The notes under the pieces: model-generated
Told to the model about the DNA's origin: nothing
Databases searched by the model: none
Seen by the model: the letters and a program-made list of their open reading frames with translations, nothing else
Shown here: positions 45,593-55,214 of the stretch, piece by piece
Numbering within the stretch: position 1 is the stretch's first letter
How the letters are laid out: each line of letters begins with the position of its first letter
From: a virus
Direction: 5' to 3' (one strand)
DNA: 64,000 nt
IMG/VR virus record: IMGVR_UViG_3300020442_000008
Location: 64,599-128,598 of that record
Position numbers and translations under genes: made by a program

Positions 45593-46129
45593 ATGGAAAA
45601 TCCAGAACCCAGGAAACTACATTTCAAGGAATCTAACGAAGCAGAATCCAATGATAGCCGTATGTATAAATCAACGCTATTTCAGGCAGCAAAAAATGCA
45701 CAAAAGATTTTTGATTTTCTGAACGAAGGGGTTGAGTTGGACGAATGGATGAAACAAGAAATCATATCTGCCGGGGAAGAGCTTTCTCAAGTTGCCCAGA
45801 GCCTTGAGTATGATAAAGAATACCCAAGAAAAGCAGAATCATTACCTGACGAATCAGAGGTTGAAAATAATTACTTATCTAACGAGGATAAAAGGTACCC
45901 CATGCCTCAAGAGTCAGAAAGCAGCGAGCAATTCATGACTAGATGCATATATGATGCGAACATGAAAAATAGATACCCCGAGCAAGGAGATCGATTTATG
46001 GCGTGTATGCTTATATTAAATGGGCCAAACGAAAATAAGGCAGATAATCCAGGTGAAAAATTTGAAGATCCGATGGATCCAAGTAAGTCTGAAGTAGACC
46101 TTGATCCTCAGAAACCTATACTTCCTTAA
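45593..46129 (+). CDS. acidic hypothetical protein
   Basis: GTGTA(45579)-9 nt-ATG. Confidence 0.65.
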   Translation: MENPEPRKLHFKESNEAESNDSRMYKSTLFQAAKNAQKIFDFLNEGVELDEWMKQEIISAGEELSQVAQSLEYDKEYPRKAESLPDESEVENNYLSNEDKRYPMPQESESSEQFMTRCIYDANMKNRYPEQGDRFMACMLILNGPNENKADNPGEKFEDPMDPSKSEVDLDPQKPILP

Positions 46130-48593
46130 TGGTATGAACTACCTTACCTTTTCTTACGGAGAAAAGGATTCGAGAGCCTTCTTTAAGTTTGGAGGATATC
46201 AAAAGAGTTGCTAGGGGATCTTCGATTTGTTTTTGAATAATTCTAGCTATTGGTCTTGCGCCAAATTTAGAATCTTTTAGGTCTTTTATTATTTCTTCCT
46301 TTAAAGTTTTAGACACAGATAAGGTAATTCTTCTTTTCTTCAGTTTTTCTTTTACAGGTTTTAATTCTAAGTCTATAATTTTATTTAAAGATTTTTCGTC
46401 AAAAGGCTTAAACATAACCACTTCAGTTAGCCTGTTTACGAATTCTGGCCTAAGGGCTTGACTAGCCTTTTCAATAAGTTTTTCTGTATACTTCTCGTCC
46501 TCATTTTCAAACTGAGCAAACCCTACTCCGGGCTTTTTATGAGCTAGCTCGCTACCTATATTTCCAGTAATTATAATAATTGCATTCCTAAAGTCCCCAA
46601 CTCTTCCCAGGCCATCAGTTAACCTACCTTCTTCTAGGATTTGAAGCATCGACTGTATTACATCTGGGTGGGCTTTTTCTATTTCATCAAATAATACAAC
46701 ACTGTGTGGGTTTTTCATTATTTTATCAATTAATACCGAGCCTTCTTCGTAACCTACATAACCTGGAGAAGCCCCAGCTAAACGTGTGCTTGCAGTTTTC
46801 TCAGAGTATTCGCTCATGTCTAAATGAATAATTTCTGATTTTTCCCCAAGCAAGCATTTTGAGATTTGTTTTGCGGTATGAGTTTTTCCGAGGCCGCTTT
46901 GCCCTAAAAGTAAAAAACTTCCTATTGGTTTGCATTCATTTCTTAGTCCAGATTTTGATCTCAATATAGCTTGACATATCGAATCTATTGCCTCTTCTTG
47001 TCCGATTATTTTGGTTGCCAATTTTTTATTTAAATTTAAAAACTTTTCAGATTCAGTCATTGATAGCTCGCTCATTGGGATTGACGTGATCTGACTTACT
47101 GTGCGAATAATGTCTTCTTCTTTGATATTGATCTTATTTTTAAATCTTTTTGCAGCCCACTGATTTAGTTTGTCAGAGTATTTTTCTAAAAGCTCATCTT
47201 GTTTTTGTATAATATCGTACTTTGCTAGGTCGTCTATTGCTTGCTCCTCTTGCTTCATAAGTTCTTCTAGTTCTAGCTCCATGTTTTTTATAGATTTTGG
47301 CCTAGTGAATGCTTTTATTTTAATCTTTGCTCCAGTTTGATCCATGATATCAATAGCTTTATCTGGAAACTGCCTGCTGGGTAAGTATCTGTTTGCTAGA
47401 TTTACTATTAAATCTAACGATTCTTTAGAAAAAGAAACATGGTGGAATTTTTCATATTTAGAAACTATTCCATTTAGAATCTCTCTAGTTTCTTGAGCCG
47501 ATGGTGGCATACATTTTATTGGCTGAAATCTTCTGTCTAGCGCGGCGTCTTTGAGTATGCTTTTTTTGTATTCGTTATGCGTCGTTGCACCAATGCATCT
47601 TATATCTCCCCTGGCTAACATGGGCTTGAGGATGTTGGCTGCATCCATGGTGCCTTCTGCGCTTCCTGCTCCAACAAGGGTATGTATTTCGTCAATAAAT
47701 ATAATGAACCTCTCCGACTCTTTAACTTCTTCTAGCAAACCCTTTAATCGTTCTTCAAATTGGCCCCTGTATTTGGTTCCAGCAATCATGCCCGCTAGGT
47801 CTAAGGCTAGGATATTTTTATCTAATAAATGCTCTGGAGCATTTCCTTTCGCGATCATTTGCGCCAGCCCTTCTACTAGTGCTGTTTTACCCACTCCCGC
47901 CTCTCCTAGTAGTACAGGATTGTTTTTGGTTCTTCTGCATAGGGTTTCACACATTTCTAATGTTTCTGATTCCCTACCAATGATTTTGTCAAATTTACCC
48001 TGAGATGCCAGAAGGGTATAGTTAAGCGTATACTTCTCTATAAGCGAAGGATTCTTAGAGGACTTTTGGGGTTGTGGTGGTGCAGAAGGGTTATTCATAT
48101 TATTATACATATCATATGTATTCATAATAAAAGGTGTGTCATTACTAATAGAAAGTTTAAAATAATTTTTGATCTCTTCAATAATGATATCTTCTGGTAT
48201 ATTTATATCTTTAAAATATTGATTAATTGGAGAGTTTTCGTACTTTAGCATAGCAAGTAATAAATGTTCTATACCTACATAGTCATGTCCAAAGTTATGG
48301 CTGATTAGTGTTGAAATTTCTAATACTTGCTTAAATTTTTTATCAAAAGGTACATCTTTGATATCCTTGCTTGATGTTCTTCTCCATTTTCTCGCTACAG
48401 ATTCAATGAGCGACGCAGGGTCTAACCCGACCGAAATTAAAACTTCATGTACTATCCCTGCCTTAAGATTTAAAATGCCCAAAAATAAATGCTCCAGAGA
48501 AACCTTAGGATGTCCTAGTTCTTTGCAGCATTTTTTAGCTATTTCAATAGCTCTTTGGGCTCGTGGTGTAAAGTTTGGCTTATGTTCCATCAT
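46116..48593 (-). CDS. clpC: ClpC-like AAA+ chaperone/protease ATPase
   Basis: Clp-N repeats, GEAGVGKT, FIDEIH, PDKAID, GQSGLGKT, DMSEY, FDEIEKAHP, VGF tripeptide loop, GARP. Confidence 0.9.
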   Translation of the reverse strand: MMEHKPNFTPRAQRAIEIAKKCCKELGHPKVSLEHLFLGILNLKAGIVHEVLISVGLDPASLIESVARKWRRTSSKDIKDVPFDKKFKQVLEISTLISHNFGHDYVGIEHLLLAMLKYENSPINQYFKDINIPEDIIIEEIKNYFKLSISNDTPFIMNTYDMYNNMNNPSAPPQPQKSSKNPSLIEKYTLNYTLLASQGKFDKIIGRESETLEMCETLCRRTKNNPVLLGEAGVGKTALVEGLAQMIAKGNAPEHLLDKNILALDLAGMIAGTKYRGQFEERLKGLLEEVKESERFIIFIDEIHTLVGAGSAEGTMDAANILKPMLARGDIRCIGATTHNEYKKSILKDAALDRRFQPIKCMPPSAQETREILNGIVSKYEKFHHVSFSKESLDLIVNLANRYLPSRQFPDKAIDIMDQTGAKIKIKAFTRPKSIKNMELELEELMKQEEQAIDDLAKYDIIQKQDELLEKYSDKLNQWAAKRFKNKINIKEEDIIRTVSQITSIPMSELSMTESEKFLNLNKKLATKIIGQEEAIDSICQAILRSKSGLRNECKPIGSFLLLGQSGLGKTHTAKQISKCLLGEKSEIIHLDMSEYSEKTASTRLAGASPGYVGYEEGSVLIDKIMKNPHSVVLFDEIEKAHPDVIQSMLQILEEGRLTDGLGRVGDFRNAIIIITGNIGSELAHKKPGVGFAQFENEDEKYTEKLIEKASQALRPEFVNRLTEVVMFKPFDEKSLNKIIDLELKPVKEKLKKRRITLSVSKTLKEEIIKDLKDSKFGARPIARIIQKQIEDPLATLLISSKLKEGSRILFSVRKGKVVHTIKEV

Positions 48594-48604
48594 ATTGAAT
48601 TACA

Positions 48605-51160
48605 CTATTTTACGTCAGCTAGCTTCATATAGATGCTTTCATCCATGATTTTTAAGTTACGGATAAAAAATGTCTCATCTCCCTTAGACCCATATGCTGC
48701 AACTATACTGTTTTTCTCTGGGACTTCGTTATGCTCCAGAAACTCGTCGAGGCTTTTACTTCTTCTGTTGTTGCAGAGCATGCATTGGAAAATGCCATTT
48801 TCATCTGCGATTTCAACTTTCATATATTTATTACCTGACCTACTAGTTCTAACGAAACTATCCTGAACTAATCCAATAATGCTACCTGAGTCGTTTTGCT
48901 GCATGTTTAGGTATTCTGAAAAATTGATGAATTTTTGGTTTCCTTTGGCGAAGATTTGCTTTAAGTTTTGACTATAAGAATAACCTAATAGCTGGTTTTC
49001 GAAATACCAGTCAGCGAAGTTGCTGCTTTGTATATTTTTTTGATAAATTTTTCTATAAGGCTCATATTTCTTTTTGAAGTTTTGAAACCTAGACTCCTTA
49101 AACAAAGGTTTTCCATCGTCCGCAGGAATTTCATTATCTCTTGCATATACTATGCTGTCCAGTAATTTATATTTAAATTTTTCTCCAAGTTCCACAAAGT
49201 TTCTTTTTTCCCTTGGGGTTAAGATATTAAAAACTTGAGCTTCTAAAACCAATAAGGGTCTACTGCCTTCGAAGTTTGATAACGCTCCAGCCTGTATAAG
49301 AGAGCATAAGGTTCCTATATTTAAACCAGCTTGTTTTGCTGCAATAAACATATCGTATTTTGAGCTCGAGTCTTGACTCCTAAATTGTATTAACGAGTCA
49401 ATTGATTTCTCACTAATACCCTTGATGCTATTAAGTCCGTATCTTATGTTTTTACCTTCTTTCTTGAAATCCATGTCTGACTTCGCGAGGTTTGGTGGAA
49501 GCAGTTTGATATTAAAATAACTAAGCTCTTTGCTGATTCGGCTTATTTCTTCCTGCGGTGCTGGCTCAAATCTGGTCATTTTTAGAAGTGATAGAAAGAA
49601 CTCTTGAGGGTATTTAAATTTTAAATACGTAGTCCATGCAGATAGTGTCGAATATGCAATCGAGTGACTTTTATTAAAAGAATAGTTTGCGCTGTCTTCT
49701 GCAACCTTCCAGAGTATTTCTCCAATCTCTTTTGGTAATTTGTTTTCTTCAATTTTGTTTTTAATTTTACCTTTCCACTCGGACATTTTATCAACCTTTT
49801 TCTTGCCAACTATTCTTCTGAGTTGTTCTGATTCGTCTAAAGTAAAGCCAACTTTAACAGCCATTTTCATTAATTGCTCTTGATATAATGGTATGCCTCC
49901 TGTATATCCTAAAACCTCATCGAAGAAAGGGTGGATGCTTTGGAAGCTTCCTGTTTGCACATACCTCTCATAATTTGATAAAAATTCGAGAGCACCTGGG
50001 CGAGCAATCGCAAGTACTGCGCTTAGCTCTTCGATGTTTTTTGGTTTGATTTTTTTACAAACCTTATAATCTGTCTCTGCTTCAATTTGAAACAGTCCAT
50101 GTGGAGAGTTTAATTCTTGAAGAGGTAGGTAGACATCTTCTGAATGCATATCAATCTCTTCGGGCTTGATCCCTATGAGCTTACAGGTGTCATCTATTAC
50201 AGAAAGGGTTCTAAGGCCCAATATGTCAAATTTAACCATAAGCTCTGCAACCCAATTCATATCGTAGCCCGTAATTAAAACGCCGTCTGAATTTTTTTGT
50301 GTTGGGCAAATTTCGGATATTTTACTTCGGGAAATTGCTATACCTGATGGGTGTACGCCAGTGTTTTTGTTTAAACCCTCTATGCCTTTTGCTACCGAAA
50401 ATATTTCTTCATTTTCATCTGCCCATTTTTTAAAATCTTCACTTTCTTCGTAGGCTTGAGATAGGGGTAGGACTTTACCAAATTGCTTTGGAATCATATC
50501 GCTCACCCTTGACGCTTCGGACTCGTCAAGATCTCCAACGATTTTTATGCACTCTTTCATGCAGAGCTTTCCGCTTAAAGTATTTAAAGTCAGTATTTTT
50601 GCAGTTCTCCCTGGATGCTTCTTTTCGATATACTCAATAACTTTCGGTCTATGCTCATAGGCTATGTCGTTATCAATGTCCGCCAATAAACTACCATCCA
50701 AATAGGTCTTTCCTCGTTTTTCTATTTTTCTTGCACGACTCTTAGATACAAACCTTTCGAAAAAGAGATCGTTTTCTACGGGATCTATTTTAGTCACACC
50801 AATTAAATACAACACAAGAGACCCTGCGGCAGATCCTCTTCCTGGACCCGTAGGAATTTCATTGCGATGGCAAAACTCTAATATATCCCAATTTAATAAA
50901 ATATAATCAACAAAGCCTAATTCATTTAAAATATTAAGTTCTTCTTTTGCTCTGTCATAATATACCTGCTTATTTTCTTTTTTATTTATATCGTGATCTT
51001 TTATACCTTTTCTGCATAAAGATTTAAGGAATTCGAAATTATCTATATCCTTCTCTACGCCCAAGCTTTCGTATTCCTTATTACTTATATTAATATTTGG
51101 CAGCAGGACGCCTGGCTCCATGCAGTCTTTGTAATCTTTAAATCCTTCTTTAAAACTCAT
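48605..51160 (-). CDS. dnaE: DNA polymerase III alpha core lacking the N-terminal PHP domain
   Basis: GPGRGSAAGSLV, FERF, ADIDND, KFDILGL, YQEQ, YSFNKSH, C-terminal OB fold. Confidence 0.92.
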   Translation of the reverse strand: MSFKEGFKDYKDCMEPGVLLPNINISNKEYESLGVEKDIDNFEFLKSLCRKGIKDHDINKKENKQVYYDRAKEELNILNELGFVDYILLNWDILEFCHRNEIPTGPGRGSAAGSLVLYLIGVTKIDPVENDLFFERFVSKSRARKIEKRGKTYLDGSLLADIDNDIAYEHRPKVIEYIEKKHPGRTAKILTLNTLSGKLCMKECIKIVGDLDESEASRVSDMIPKQFGKVLPLSQAYEESEDFKKWADENEEIFSVAKGIEGLNKNTGVHPSGIAISRSKISEICPTQKNSDGVLITGYDMNWVAELMVKFDILGLRTLSVIDDTCKLIGIKPEEIDMHSEDVYLPLQELNSPHGLFQIEAETDYKVCKKIKPKNIEELSAVLAIARPGALEFLSNYERYVQTGSFQSIHPFFDEVLGYTGGIPLYQEQLMKMAVKVGFTLDESEQLRRIVGKKKVDKMSEWKGKIKNKIEENKLPKEIGEILWKVAEDSANYSFNKSHSIAYSTLSAWTTYLKFKYPQEFFLSLLKMTRFEPAPQEEISRISKELSYFNIKLLPPNLAKSDMDFKKEGKNIRYGLNSIKGISEKSIDSLIQFRSQDSSSKYDMFIAAKQAGLNIGTLCSLIQAGALSNFEGSRPLLVLEAQVFNILTPREKRNFVELGEKFKYKLLDSIVYARDNEIPADDGKPLFKESRFQNFKKKYEPYRKIYQKNIQSSNFADWYFENQLLGYSYSQNLKQIFAKGNQKFINFSEYLNMQQNDSGSIIGLVQDSFVRTSRSGNKYMKVEIADENGIFQCMLCNNRRSKSLDEFLEHNEVPEKNSIVAAYGSKGDETFFIRNLKIMDESIYMKLADVK

Positions 51161-51798
51161 ATTTCTATATCCCAGATCATTTTCTTAAAAACTTCCACAT
51201 TTCTTTCTATATCATATAGTGCGTCGTGAAGTTTTTCAGGGTCAAATTCTATATCGTAATCCTTGCAGCATTGCTGAAGGTTAACCTTTAGATTACGCTC
51301 CCTTATATTCAGTAGTCTATACTGCCAAGATACCATGTCTGTTTCTTTCTGTTTCTTTATGCCTTTTTTTATAGCCCTAGCAAGACAAACTGTATCTAGT
51401 GAGTTTTTAACATAACTGTAGTCTGTATTCTTGCCACAAAGTTTTCTGTGAGTATTATGCATGTAAAAGTCAAAGCCAAATATATTATGTCCAACTTTTA
51501 TAATGGAGTCGTCATATAAATATTTCTCAAAATGGGTCAACACTTTTTTTGCGCAGACATTATTCTTTTCATATTTTGCTTTATTAAATCCAGTAATTTT
51601 TGCTGCCTCTTTTGATACTTTTAGGTTCTTCCATTTTACGAGATAGTCTGCTTTATCTATTACTTTAGATAAATCTGTAACAATAAATGCTAATTGCCAT
51701 GGTTTGTTTTGTTCAGAAACAAGATTTAGGTTGCACGTTTCATAATCAAAAAACATATACTTTTGTTTCTTGTTGAACCTTAATAGTTTTTCTTTCAT
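51157..51798 (-). CDS. DEDDh 3'-5' exonuclease (DnaQ-like)
   Basis: FDYET, GHNIFGFD, LHDALYD. Confidence 0.85.
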   Translation of the reverse strand: MKEKLLRFNKKQKYMFFDYETCNLNLVSEQNKPWQLAFIVTDLSKVIDKADYLVKWKNLKVSKEAAKITGFNKAKYEKNNVCAKKVLTHFEKYLYDDSIIKVGHNIFGFDFYMHNTHRKLCGKNTDYSYVKNSLDTVCLARAIKKGIKKQKETDMVSWQYRLLNIRERNLKVNLQQCCKDYDIEFDPEKLHDALYDIERNVEVFKKMIWDIEI

Positions 51799-52520
51799 TA
51801 GTTTTGGTTTTCTAGGTAGGATTCAAACGAGAACTCTCTGCTACCGAAGTGGTCTAAGTTTGGTTTGGATAGGGTTTTTTTTCCAAATTTTCTACTGCAA
51901 ATGCATTTGTAGGTTTGGAGTTTTGTTACGTCTGATCTTTTGTTATAATAGATTGATTTTACAATCTCTGTTTCAAGGTTAAATTGTTTTGCGTATTTTC
52001 GGACCTTTTCTTCCAGTACTTCGTCAAAGGGTAGCCCTCCCTTTTCTATAAAGAAAGTTGGCTTTAATTGGTTTAGGTCTGGAGCGCAACTATCAAAACT
52101 CATCATATTTTTAAAAATAAAAGAATCATAAAAAGGTATGCAGAGTTTTAAATTTTCTTCCTCCCAGACTTCCTTAAGCTTTGATTCATTGATACACTCT
52201 TGTCCTCCGTGAGCTATACTATATATTTTGTTTAATAGCTTCGCTCCTTTTGAGTTTTTAGCGAAAACAGCCACCTTGTGTTCCTGCTTGCAAATTTTAA
52301 CCAGCAATCCAAACCTCAGCTTGAAGCCAAGCTGTTCAGAGTTTTTTAAAGCTTCTGGGAATCCTGTTAAGCTATTTTCCAAAAGGAATAGTTCTTCCAT
52401 GTTTTGGTCTTCAAGGATAGAGAATATACTTGTGCTCCCCGAATCTTTATCTTTGCTTGGGGCGCCTAAAGTTAAAATACTTTTTCCTATACTATAATGC
52501 GAAGAGAATATTGGTATCAT
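51798..52520 (-). CDS. stand-alone PHP domain of DNA polymerase III alpha
   Basis: SHYSIGKSI, FAKNSKGAKLLNKIYS; TTGACA/TATACT promoter upstream. Confidence 0.75.
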   Translation of the reverse strand: MIPIFSSHYSIGKSILTLGAPSKDKDSGSTSIFSILEDQNMEELFLLENSLTGFPEALKNSEQLGFKLRFGLLVKICKQEHKVAVFAKNSKGAKLLNKIYSIAHGGQECINESKLKEVWEEENLKLCIPFYDSFIFKNMMSFDSCAPDLNQLKPTFFIEKGGLPFDEVLEEKVRKYAKQFNLETEIVKSIYYNKRSDVTKLQTYKCICSRKFGKKTLSKPNLDHFGSREFSFESYLENQN

Positions 52521-52566
52521 TTATGGATATAAGTATAGCCTAAAACTTCACTTATGTCAAGAATCT

Positions 52567-52704
52567 TTAAGGTTTATTTAATAGAGAAAGAAAAAAAACT
52601 ATTCCAATGGTGGCACATATATATATGCCAAATAAGGTTGACGCCCAAAATAAATAAAATAGTATAGATAGCGCTATACGCGCAATTTCAAGCAAATCTT
52701 TCAT
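52567..52704 (-). CDS. small hydrophobic membrane protein (45 aa)
   Basis: MKDLLEIARIALSILFYLFWASTLFGIYICATIGIVFFLSLLNKP fills the intergenic gap. Confidence 0.45.
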   Translation of the reverse strand: MKDLLEIARIALSILFYLFWASTLFGIYICATIGIVFFLSLLNKP

Positions 52705-52709
52705 GCAAA

Positions 52710-53165
52710 TTATTTAAGCAAATTCAGTAATTTTGTATCTATTGGATTTGGTAAAACTGATAGTTGTGATTTTTTAAACCATCCAGACTCTGTGTGTTCG
52801 TAGCATAAGTCTGGAGTTAATATGTCGTCTACTTCATATTTAAATATAGCTAACCTTTCTACTGTATCGACATACTTGAAGTTTTTCACTGGAAAATCAA
52901 AACCAGTTTCTTCTTTAAGTTCTCTTGCGGCGCATTGTAATGGCGTCTCACCTTTTTCTATTGAACCACAAAAACAGGACCAATACCCTGCATATGGCGG
53001 CGGCTGATTAGAGTAGGGGCAGATTTCTATTCTTCTTGCGAGTAGTACCAGCCCCTTATGGGTTACTACTGTTCCTGCGTAAAGTGGCGTTTTAGAGCTC
53101 AAACTCTCCTGAGCATTGCCATTTGGGGCAACCTTCGTATGATCTTTTTTCAATTCTTTTTTCAT
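52710..53165 (-). CDS. NUDIX hydrolase
   Basis: GSIEKGETPLQCAARELKEETG Nudix box. Confidence 0.88.
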   Translation of the reverse strand: MKKELKKDHTKVAPNGNAQESLSSKTPLYAGTVVTHKGLVLLARRIEICPYSNQPPPYAGYWSCFCGSIEKGETPLQCAARELKEETGFDFPVKNFKYVDTVERLAIFKYEVDDILTPDLCYEHTESGWFKKSQLSVLPNPIDTKLLNLLK

Positions 53166-54168
53166 CTTTCAACAAATCTTTCAGGGAGTCTTTGTCTTCT
53201 TTATACACACTTTTTTCTACGTTTCCATCTTTGTCTAAAAGAACGTAATAATCAAAGGGCTTTCTAAAAGCGCATATAAAGGCCCTTATAGGCTTTCCTT
53301 CTTTATCTTTGACCTCCTTCCCTCGACTCATCTTAAAACCGTCTTTACCGCATGCTAGTGGACCTCCAAACGTACCATCCTTTGGGTAGTCTTGGTCTGC
53401 TGCAAAATTATTTTTAGCATCCTGTTCGTCAAAATGATCTATAAAGTTCTGAATGGAAGAGAGTTCGAACTCAAAACCTTCTAATACATCATCGCTTAAA
53501 AAATCCATAGCAATTCGCCCTGGGCCTGGTTCGTCTAGTAGATTTTTTTCTAAATCAAATTTTAAAAATAAGAACTCGCTAATGCTTTTGTATTCTGGAA
53601 ATAGTTTTTTAACTGCAAGGCAATACATTAGGTCTTGCATGTTGTCTGTAATTTCTTTTCCTTTGAATTTTTGTTTACTGGTCTTGAAATCTCTTATTAT
53701 TGCGGTTTTATCTTTATATAAGAAAAGCTTATCTATAAAGCCTCTGATGTTATATTTTTTTCCATCTTCATCTATTGATAGGTTGAAATCTTTTTCTGAA
53801 TATGACTCATCTAGTTCTCCCCCTTCTTCCCCAAAGAAGTCGTAGTTTAATCCATTTAAGGTCATTTTATTTATATCCTCAAGATTTTCTGCATCGTTGA
53901 CATTTAATCTTCTGGCGTGTTTTTGCACCATCCTTGCGATAGATTCGACACACCAAATTGATTTATGTTTTAGTATTTCTTGAATATATTTTTGGTGACG
54001 TGGGTTGCCTAATACTTCGAAAATCAAATGACAAATCCAGCCCTTGCTTGCCCCATCGTTACTCTTGTCTGGAAGTTTTAGTATATATTTACACCAATAT
54101 GTCCAGGAGCACTGTTGTGCTGTTTTAATCCTGCTCGCAGAAAGGAAGATTTTTTTCTTTTCGATCAT
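53092..54168 (-). CDS. PD-(D/E)XK nuclease, Cas4/AddB-like
   Basis: LSASRI...C, RGFIDKL, IRDFKTS, Q-x3-Y, C-terminal Cys residues. Confidence 0.8.
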   Translation of the reverse strand: MIEKKKIFLSASRIKTAQQCSWTYWCKYILKLPDKSNDGASKGWICHLIFEVLGNPRHQKYIQEILKHKSIWCVESIARMVQKHARRLNVNDAENLEDINKMTLNGLNYDFFGEEGGELDESYSEKDFNLSIDEDGKKYNIRGFIDKLFLYKDKTAIIRDFKTSKQKFKGKEITDNMQDLMYCLAVKKLFPEYKSISEFLFLKFDLEKNLLDEPGPGRIAMDFLSDDVLEGFEFELSSIQNFIDHFDEQDAKNNFAADQDYPKDGTFGGPLACGKDGFKMSRGKEVKDKEGKPIRAFICAFRKPFDYYVLLDKDGNVEKSVYKEDKDSLKDLLKDEKRIEKRSYEGCPKWQCSGEFEL

Positions 54169-55214
54169 TTAATAAATTTAATTTTTTTAGAGAGGTTTTG
54201 AGAAAGCTTGCCTTCACTCCTTAGTTTTTCGCAGGCATCTTTAATTTTGGGAATTTGGTCGATTTCTAGGCAGGTGCTTAATTTTTTTGACCAGTTATCA
54301 AAATCCTCTGCACCCATGTCTCCAAAGTCTGACTGTGTGGGTAGGCATATTTTAATCGAGTCAGGAGAAAATAGAGTTGTCAGTTTTAGGAAATTTTTAA
54401 AGCAGGCATTCATGCCCCTGTTTTCTGTAGAAGTAAAATCGTTATTTAGTGATAGCACTATATTTTTTGTTGGTAATGAAACTAGGGATGTCGACAGCTT
54501 GCTTGAAATGTCTAAGCCAAAGGAGACTAATACATTATGGTATCCATTTTGTTTTAGGTTTAAAAGGTCACCTATACTTTCTACTATGATGACATAATTC
54601 TTTTCTTCTATATAACCCAGGGTTTTTTTATCTGTATGGAGGGGGTATATCCAGTTTGTCTTTCTACCTATATGCTTCCATTTTGGACGGTTTGTATTTG
54701 TCTGTTTGGACATATCTCTACCAGAAAAACCGTGAATTAATTCGTTTTCGTTAAAAATTGGAAATACGAATCTTTGATTTAACTGTCCAGTGCTAGCTAG
54801 GCCTCCTTTTAAATCTTTTAGTATATCTGTTGATATGCCTTTATCGTTATAAAACTTATAATGTGGTAAAAGTCGATCTAGAATATTTAAATCGTAAGTC
54901 TCTTCGACCTGAAGTTTTGGGGCGGAAGATTTAGTTATGGTAGTAAAACCTATGGAATCTTCAAGGTTTCCATCGATGTATTTTCCAATTTCCTTTGGGT
55001 CGTTAGTACCAAGTGTGATTTCTACTAACCTCGAAAAAGGAGACCAAGGGGTGTTTTCTACATAATCTTTCCAGATGCCTTTATCTTTATATATCTGAAT
55101 TGCAGTCTGATTATCTCCATTCCTGAAAATAGCGTTAGTCTGCCAATAAGAACCTCGGTCGTTTAATTTAAAACCAAGCGCGAGTAACGATTCTTTAATT
55201 TTTTCTGAATTCAT
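54165..55214 (-). CDS. DNA primase (TOPRIM)
   Basis: RFVFPI, GFSGR, PKW, IIVESIGD, LNND; adjacent to the helicase. Confidence 0.8.
   Translation of the reverse strand: MNSEKIKESLLALGFKLNDRGSYWQTNAIFRNGDNQTAIQIYKDKGIWKDYVENTPWSPFSRLVEITLGTNDPKEIGKYIDGNLEDSIGFTTITKSSAPKLQVEETYDLNILDRLLPHYKFYNDKGISTDILKDLKGGLASTGQLNQRFVFPIFNENELIHGFSGRDMSKQTNTNRPKWKHIGRKTNWIYPLHTDKKTLGYIEEKNYVIIVESIGDLLNLKQNGYHNVLVSFGLDISSKLSTSLVSLPTKNIVLSLNNDFTSTENRGMNACFKNFLKLTTLFSPDSIKICLPTQSDFGDMGAEDFDNWSKKLSTCLEIDQIPKIKDACEKLRSEGKLSQNLSKKIKFIK

Noticed and set aside
52638-52670. Antisense promoter TTGACG...TAGTAT facing the NUDIX gene
   Set aside because: It lies within a plausible 45-aa membrane ORF in AT-rich sequence and has no downstream product, so it may be chance.
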